A stretch of DNA of 64,000 nucleotides from Myxococcales bacterium. GTDB lineage: Bacteria; Myxococcota_A; Polyangia; Polyangiales; DASUME01. The stretch's first letter is position 1. Each line of letters opens with the position of its first letter. The stretch lies in assembly GCA_047601445.1 (NCBI GenBank), contig JASGJH010000001.1, positions 8,928,001 through 8,992,000 on the forward strand. Direction: 5' to 3'. The notes beneath the pieces are model-generated. The model had not been told where the DNA came from. It searched no databases and saw only the letters and a program-made list of their open reading frames with translations. Position numbers and translations under genes: made by a program. This document shows positions 58,490 through 64,000 of the stretch, piece by piece.

Positions 58490-59731
58490 ATGGCACTAAC
58501 TCCGATTCTCATCTCCGGTGTCGGACGCTCAGGCACGACTGCGCTGATGGCGCTCCTGGGGACTGACGCGCGGGTTGTCTTCGACCGCTGCTACCCGTTC
58601 GAAAACCGCAGTCTGACGTACCTCGTCAAGTCGAGTCTGCTCCTGGACCGCGCCGGGGTTGGGGCGTTCGACCAGAGCAAGCTCGTAGACTTCGCCGACA
58701 ATACGCTGGGACCCGCCCCCTGGGTTCCGGAGTCGGTCCCGTTTCCCTCGTCGCAGTCTTGGCTCGAGCAAGGCTGGAGCCTGATGTCGGACGTCGCTCT
58801 GCGAAACCGCAGGGACGGCCTCTGGTACGCCGAGAAGGTCAGCTATTGGCTGCCGCCGCTGATCCGGGCCGTCATGCCGTGCCGCACGATCCACTTGGTG
58901 CGTGATCCCCGCGACGTGTGGCTGTCCATTGTCGAGTTCGGACGTCGCAGGCCGACAGTCGGCTTCGGGGTCGAACTCGAGCAGCTGGACCAGGCGAGAA
59001 TGCTCGCGCACCAGTGGGCCTCATTTGCGGAGAATGAACGAGCCGACGCCAGCGGAACGTCCTCACAACGCGTGCGCTACGAAGACATGGTTCAAGACCT
59101 CCAGTCGGTGGCAGCCAACCTCAACGCGTGGCTCGCGCTCGCACTCGACCCGTGCAAAGAGGAGACCCGAGGCAACCTCGCCCAGCACGCCACGAGTGCG
59201 TCGCCGTCCAAGTCCGTGGAGCGCTGGAAGCACGAACCGCTCGCGGAGCAGGTCGAGCGTGCACTGCTGGCCCCTCTCTGCGCCGACCTGGCCCGCTACG
59301 GATATCCGGCCAGCCACGTGAGCCCAGCGCCAAGGTTCACGCCGGACGCAACCTGGCCTCACTCCGGCCAAGCTGCTGGCCAGCCAACGAACGACGGGAT
59401 GCAGCTCACGGCCGTAGGTCCCGACCTGTGGTTCCTGGTGCGGGCTCCCTCTTTCGACGCCGCTGGCGTGTCCGAAGTCTGGCTGTGCATGGAAGCCGGC
59501 ACAGGCGACCACTGCTCAATCTACTGGCGCGCGCCAGGACAGCCCTTCGACGAGTCCAGAGGCGTCCACATGCCCTATCTCCCCGGGCCGCACCGTCAGA
59601 TCATTCGGCTTCCCGTGAGCAGCCATGCGCTGTGGTCGGGGGAGATCGAGGAACTCCGAGTCGACGTGTTCAACGGCGCGATCGTGCCGGATCGCCCGGG
59701 GCGGTTTTGTTGGGTGCAGCTGGTGCCTTGA
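58490..59731 (+). CDS. Sulfotransferase with C-terminal beta-sandwich domain
   Basis: ISGVGRSGTTAL (5'-PSB), AEK, LVRDPRDVWLS (3'-PB), VRYEDMV and SVERWK. Confidence 0.87.
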   Translation: MALTPILISGVGRSGTTALMALLGTDARVVFDRCYPFENRSLTYLVKSSLLLDRAGVGAFDQSKLVDFADNTLGPAPWVPESVPFPSSQSWLEQGWSLMSDVALRNRRDGLWYAEKVSYWLPPLIRAVMPCRTIHLVRDPRDVWLSIVEFGRRRPTVGFGVELEQLDQARMLAHQWASFAENERADASGTSSQRVRYEDMVQDLQSVAANLNAWLALALDPCKEETRGNLAQHATSASPSKSVERWKHEPLAEQVERALLAPLCADLARYGYPASHVSPAPRFTPDATWPHSGQAAGQPTNDGMQLTAVGPDLWFLVRAPSFDAAGVSEVWLCMEAGTGDHCSIYWRAPGQPFDESRGVHMPYLPGPHRQIIRLPVSSHALWSGEIEELRVDVFNGAIVPDRPGRFCWVQLVP

Positions 59732-59752
59732 GGGGCGGTGCGAGGGCCGGGC

Positions 59753-60532
59753 TCAGTACAAATTTGAGTCGATCACCACCATGATCAGCTCCGGTGCCAG
59801 GACCGATAGGTTCCCGCAGGTCGTCTCGTCGCAGTCGGCGCACACGTCGAGGCGCTCCGGCGCACAGTTGTCAAAGGCGGCCACGCATCCCTTCGCACAG
59901 GCACACGCTCTGCATGTGTCGTTGGTGTCGTTGGCTCCGCAATCGCGGGTGCATTTGGCCACCATGCATTCGACTTCCGCGGTGACGCACTCGTTGCATG
60001 CGCTTACCTCGGCCTTGTCGCGCAAGCAGTCGTCGAGGGGGCAGGGGCCCTTGGCACAACTCGGGTTGCCGGCAAAGCACGCGCCGATGGATTGAATGAG
60101 CTGGCCAGAGAGGTGGAAGGCGCGCCAATTGCCTTCGTCTTCGGGGGAACATGAAAGCGGCGGTTCGATGCCACCACTGTCTCTGGCGGCATCGGTGCTG
60201 CCGTCGCTGGCGTCGATGCTGCCGTCGCTAGCGTCCGGGCTGGCGTCTTTCTCTGTGCTCGAGTCCATCGAGGCGTCGAGCATGGCCCCGTCCAGAGTGA
60301 CCTCAGCATCGCCGATGCCTGGCGCTGGCGGGGCCGCATCCATGCCCGAGTCCACGATGGGAGATTGGCCGACGTCGGCCGGGGCCCCAGCATCGGGGGT
60401 TGGAAGGCGCACGCAAATCTGTTTGTGGTAGTTCAGGCGCCAACCTTCGGGACACGGATTGCCGACCTCGACGCATCCGGCAAGAGCGAGGAGCGCAGCA
60501 ACACGGAATGTGACGGATGGAGGGACGGTCAT
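59753..60532 (-). CDS. Cys-rich lipoprotein with Asp/Ala/Gly/Ser linker
   Basis: Lipobox LALAG-C; DAG/DAS low-complexity linker; C-terminal domain with more than 12 Cys. ATG at 60532 overlaps the upstream stop. Confidence 0.82.
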   Translation of the reverse strand: MTVPPSVTFRVAALLALAGCVEVGNPCPEGWRLNYHKQICVRLPTPDAGAPADVGQSPIVDSGMDAAPPAPGIGDAEVTLDGAMLDASMDSSTEKDASPDASDGSIDASDGSTDAARDSGGIEPPLSCSPEDEGNWRAFHLSGQLIQSIGACFAGNPSCAKGPCPLDDCLRDKAEVSACNECVTAEVECMVAKCTRDCGANDTNDTCRACACAKGCVAAFDNCAPERLDVCADCDETTCGNLSVLAPELIMVVIDSNLY

Positions 60533-61935
60533 GGGGTGGTCGTAGCTTGGGGACCCTGAAGGACTTCGACGATGCTCCACACGGGATTGGCCGCCCAGCG
60601 CCCGGTCCAGAGCGGGAGCGCCAGGTCTTCGTCCCATGCGGACGCATCGGGGCCGAGTTTGCGAAGCACGAGATTGGCAGACGCCGTGGAGTAGGTGAGC
60701 AGGTAAGCGGCTTCCGCGTATTCGAATGGAGCGATGCGGTCTATGCCAGATTCCCAGGTCCCATCGAACGCCGAAGCCAGAGCCCAGATATTCTCGCTGG
60801 GCTTCACGATGCGACGGATCGTCACGCTGCCCGAGGCCTCGACCGTCGACGGGATCGCGTAGCCACTTTTACCCGCAACGATGTAGGCCTGGCCCGTGTG
60901 CGTGAAGCTCTCGAAACGATCCCAGCCGGTGGACCAGTGCAGGCCCTTCGCAACGGATGTGATGACGAGGTGGTCCGCCTGCCTGTCGAGTCGCAACAGC
61001 TCGATTTCCCCGCCGCGCTCATTGCCGAAGCGGAAGAGGTAGCTGAGGCCTCCCAGCTCGAACGTCTCGATAGCGGACCAGGTTGGCGCGTTGATTGGCG
61101 CATTCGCCTGGTCGAGCACACGGTCGAGTGCGAGGGAGGTGCGGGCCTCATCGAATCGCATCCACTCGATCCGGAGATGTCCCGCCGCTTCGGCTTCCGT
61201 TTCTGCGGCACCCGTTTTGTAGCGCAACAAGTAGGGCTTGCCCTCGAGTACGAAAACCTCGAGTTCGTCCCAGCCGCGCGACCAGTTCTCTTCGTACAGT
61301 GGGTGCCCGAGACTGCCGTCGGACAGGACTGGGGAGATGCGGGCAACACACGGGTCGTTTCCGCAACGGCTCTTGTGCTGCAGCACGTATTGCCGGTCGC
61401 CCCACACGAACGGCATGGCGTGCGTGAAGCCTTCAGAGAGATGGGCGGTGAAAGGAAACGCGCTGGTCACCGTCAGCGGCTGCGGAGTCATGGGGCCCGT
61501 TTGAAAAAGGCCGGTCGCCCCCTTCATCCGCAAGATCCTCGGTCCTTCGAACTTGAACTCCGCGTCCGTGGCATCGCGACCATGGACACCGCGACAGACG
61601 TCCAGCCCCATCTCCGAACACGAGTCGAAGCGTGAGACGCAGCCCGCCTCACAGGTGCAAGCACGACACTCTTCATCGCTCCCGGGCGCGCCGCACGCTG
61701 AGTTGCAGAACTCCAGCACGCAGGCGCTCTCCGCGGCGATGCAGGTCTCACAGCCCTTGAGGCCAATCGAGCTGCGGATACAGGAGCTCGGGTCGCAGGT
61801 GCCAGCATCGCAGACCTGCTCGATGCAGTGGCCCATGAGCGCGACGGATCCGTCTTCTACATGGAAATCATGCCAAATGCGTTTCGCTAGGGCTCGCCTT
61901 CGCGGTTGGGCCGCAACTCGCACGCTCGTCGACAA
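60529..61935 (-). CDS. Cys-rich domain + WSxGWD-repeat (probable beta-propeller) protein; 5' end uncertain
   Basis: 12-Cys domain homologous to the neighbour's; repeats WSRGWD, WSTGWD and WESGID, each followed by F..G..YLL-like strands. Confidence 0.75.
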   Translation of the reverse strand: MSTSVRVAAQPRRRALAKRIWHDFHVEDGSVALMGHCIEQVCDAGTCDPSSCIRSSIGLKGCETCIAAESACVLEFCNSACGAPGSDEECRACTCEAGCVSRFDSCSEMGLDVCRGVHGRDATDAEFKFEGPRILRMKGATGLFQTGPMTPQPLTVTSAFPFTAHLSEGFTHAMPFVWGDRQYVLQHKSRCGNDPCVARISPVLSDGSLGHPLYEENWSRGWDELEVFVLEGKPYLLRYKTGAAETEAEAAGHLRIEWMRFDEARTSLALDRVLDQANAPINAPTWSAIETFELGGLSYLFRFGNERGGEIELLRLDRQADHLVITSVAKGLHWSTGWDRFESFTHTGQAYIVAGKSGYAIPSTVEASGSVTIRRIVKPSENIWALASAFDGTWESGIDRIAPFEYAEAAYLLTYSTASANLVLRKLGPDASAWDEDLALPLWTGRWAANPVWSIVEVLQGPQATTTP

Positions 61936-62634
61936 CGAGTTTCAACACCGCCTTCTCCCGTCCCCACAGCAGAAAGAACCCGTGAGCCCCATGCGTTCTG
62001 AGTTCCTCGAGCTTGGCTAGCGTGTCCTCGCTCGGCTGAACTATCTCGAGCGCCGCGACCTTCTGCTCGTTGCTCGCGATCCGCTGCCCCGCCGCGATTC
62101 CGGCCCCGATCCCCTCCAACCCCATCGCGACCCCGAAATCGAAGTCCTCGTTCACCAGCACCGGCGCGTTCTCAAGCCACCTACCGCCCTCGAGCAGTAC
62201 GGGTCCACCCCAGTGCCGTACTTCGCGATCACTTCCTGGCTCGACATCTCCCCAAGCGGAGGAGTGGGTGGGCACCGCTTTTCTCTGCGACCTTGGACGG
62301 CGGCTCGCGAACTGCCGGCATCACCCCTGTTGCCGACCGCGCGACGGGAACCGAATGGGCACAAGCGAACGTCATGGAAGCGAGCACGCACGCAGCGAGA
62401 GGCCAAGGCTGAACGGTCACGGGGGCTCTATTGCACAAACGAGTCCAAGGAGAAGAGATTGTGCATTCGAGCGCCAAAAGCACGGAAAGATCGGGGCCGA
62501 CGGCTGCTCCGAGTTTCGTGCGAGTCGTGAGTTTGCCCGTCGAATCCGGTCGGGGTGATTTTGTCCGAAAGGTTCTCCGAACTCAGTCGGCCGAATTGAA
62601 CCTGCAGAAATGCCTGAGCTACAGTCGCGGGTCC

Positions 62635-63279
62635 ATGCTCGCTCGCTCGTTCTCTGTTCGCTGTTGGTTACTCCTGACGCTGTTCCTGCAGTTCTCCGTG
62701 GCACATCACGCGCTTGCGCAAAACGCCGCCCCCGCTGCGCCTGTGGCGCCTGCCGTTGTCCCCGCGGTGCCCGTAGCGCCTGCCGTTCCCGCGCCGGCTC
62801 TTTCATCCGAGCAGCCTCCCGCACCTGTACCCGATGCGGTGCCTCCGGCGGCCACGTCAGCCGAGCCTGTTCCCGCCGCCCCTGATTCGGATGTAGCCGT
62901 CCTGGCCCCCCAAGCGTCCTGCCCGCCCTCGCTCATCGCCCACGAGCTAGCGCGCATGTCCAGCGAGATCGCAGCGCTCCGCAATCAACTCGCAGCTACC
63001 ACCGCCACCAAGCGACAACACAACGCAGCCTGGGTCGCGACCATGGAAGAGAAGCGCGCGTTCTATCCCGTCGGTCGGCTCTCCACCATTTTTGCGGTCG
63101 GAGCCACTCTCACTGCCCTCAGCATTTACGGCATGGTGAAGTCGGACGCTCACATCGGAACGATCATCGGCTTTACCCTGAGCGCCTCGCTCACGGGCGG
63201 CGCCCTCGTTCACCTGACCAAGGCGGTCAAGAAGCGTCGGGAGATCACACGCGAGATTGAAGCCGCCATGGCTCGCTAA
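62635..63279 (+). CDS. Hypothetical protein: signal peptide, Pro/Ala-rich linker, coiled coil and two C-terminal TM helices
   Basis: WLLLTLFLQFSVAHHALA-Q signal; PAVP repeats; two hydrophobic helices followed by a basic tail. Confidence 0.65.
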   Translation: MLARSFSVRCWLLLTLFLQFSVAHHALAQNAAPAAPVAPAVVPAVPVAPAVPAPALSSEQPPAPVPDAVPPAATSAEPVPAAPDSDVAVLAPQASCPPSLIAHELARMSSEIAALRNQLAATTATKRQHNAAWVATMEEKRAFYPVGRLSTIFAVGATLTALSIYGMVKSDAHIGTIIGFTLSASLTGGALVHLTKAVKKRREITREIEAAMAR

Positions 63280-63352
63280 GCACAGGTTCGTAGGCGGCCC
63301 TGCCCCGTTCTTGGCGCGCCCCCCACTTGCCCGCTAAGACTCCCGCTCGGCC

Positions 63353-64000
63353 GTGCCCCTCACCTCGTCCTTCATCTTCACACTCTGCCAACGCGGCGCC
63401 GAGCCTGCGCTCAAGGCCGAGTTCGCTCGCATCGCGCCCGACTATCGCCCCGCGTTCCAGCGTCCGGGCCTCGTCACCTTCAAGCTTCCACAGCCCGCTG
63501 CCCCCGAGCTCGCGCTGAGCTCGGTGTTCGCCCGCGCCTACGGTCTCTCTCTTGGCAGCGTTACCGATGTCGCTTCCGTTGCAGCTGCCATCGCGGACTT
63601 GCCGAAGCCTCTGTGCCTGCATGTCGTGGAGCCCGATCGCTATCGTCCGGACGAAGAGCCTCCCGGCGTTGAACTGGGAGCCCACGCCCGTGAGGTCGAA
63701 GCCGAGCTGCGTGCTGCGCTGCCCGAGGCGTTCACGCCGAGCCCCATCGCTACCGCAAAGCAACTCGTGCTCACCGTGATGAGCTCACCGGGTGAGCCCC
63801 TGACTCTGGGCGTGCACCGCCACGCCCGAGGTCGCTGTCCGTACCCGGGCGGGCGCTTTCCCATCGTCGTTCCCTCCGAGTCGCCCTCACGTGCCTACGC
63901 CAAGATTGAAGAAGCCATCGTCACGTTCGGGTTGCCCGTGCGCGCAGGCGACGTGGCCCTGGAGATTGGCGCGGCCCCCGGAGGTGCGACCTACGCGCTG
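63353..64000 (+). CDS. RlmM-like (FtsJ-fold) rRNA methyltransferase, truncated by window end
   Basis: Not in the ORF track; translated by hand: FIFTLCQRGAEPALKAE...PGLVTFK...SVFARAYG...PSRAYAKIEEA...GDVALEIGAAPGGATYAL. Confidence 0.85.
   Translation, partial: MPLTSSFIFTLCQRGAEPALKAEFARIAPDYRPAFQRPGLVTFKLPQPAAPELALSSVFARAYGLSLGSVTDVASVAAAIADLPKPLCLHVVEPDRYRPDEEPPGVELGAHAREVEAELRAALPEAFTPSPIATAKQLVLTVMSSPGEPLTLGVHRHARGRCPYPGGRFPIVVPSESPSRAYAKIEEAIVTFGLPVRAGDVALEIGAAPGGATYAL

Noticed and set aside
60196..60236. 21-bp tandem duplication
   Set aside because: Encodes the DASDGS low-complexity linker of the lipoprotein; only two copies, not CRISPR-like.
62720..62890. Repetitive GCC/CCT-rich DNA
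   Set aside because: Explained by the Pro/Ala-rich protein linker.

Overview
This is a high-GC bacterial chromosomal window. The Cys-rich lipoproteins with DAG/DAS linkers near 60 kb suggest Myxococcota, which is an inference. About 55 kb (4.2-59.7 kb) is one very large surface-glycan island, flanked by housekeeping-type genes: an agmatinase-family gene and glutamate dehydrogenase on the left, and an RlmM-like methyltransferase on the right. The island has four parts. (1) An ABC-dependent, group-2-like capsule core: kpsF-kpsM-kpsT, an unusually short kpsE, the complete CMP-Kdo pathway (kpsF, kdsA, kdsC, kdsB), a half-length kpsC and kpsS. No kpsD is present in the window. (2) Three large multidomain putative polymerases. 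Two carry a HAD phosphatase plus PRPP-dependent ribofuranosyltransferase-like module. Two carry beta-Kdo-transferase-like domains and share a C-terminal RKLxKLxRDPxRF motif, and one of these is split by a one-base frameshift. (3) A pseudaminic-acid pathway with a PseI-GNAT fusion, and with an acyltransferase, a PhyH-type dioxygenase and a DUF115-like candidate transferase embedded in it. (4) gmd and fcl, two paralogous flippases, GtrA, polyprenyl-phosphate-sugar synthases, three GT-C-like membrane proteins, a methyltransferase/coiled-coil/GT2-GT2 protein and a sulfotransferase. Outside the island are an orphan HExxH plus DUF2063-like protein and two neighbouring proteins that share a 12-Cys domain. 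I saw no rRNA, tRNA, CRISPR array or mobile element. All family calls come from motif recognition by eye; no database search was run.
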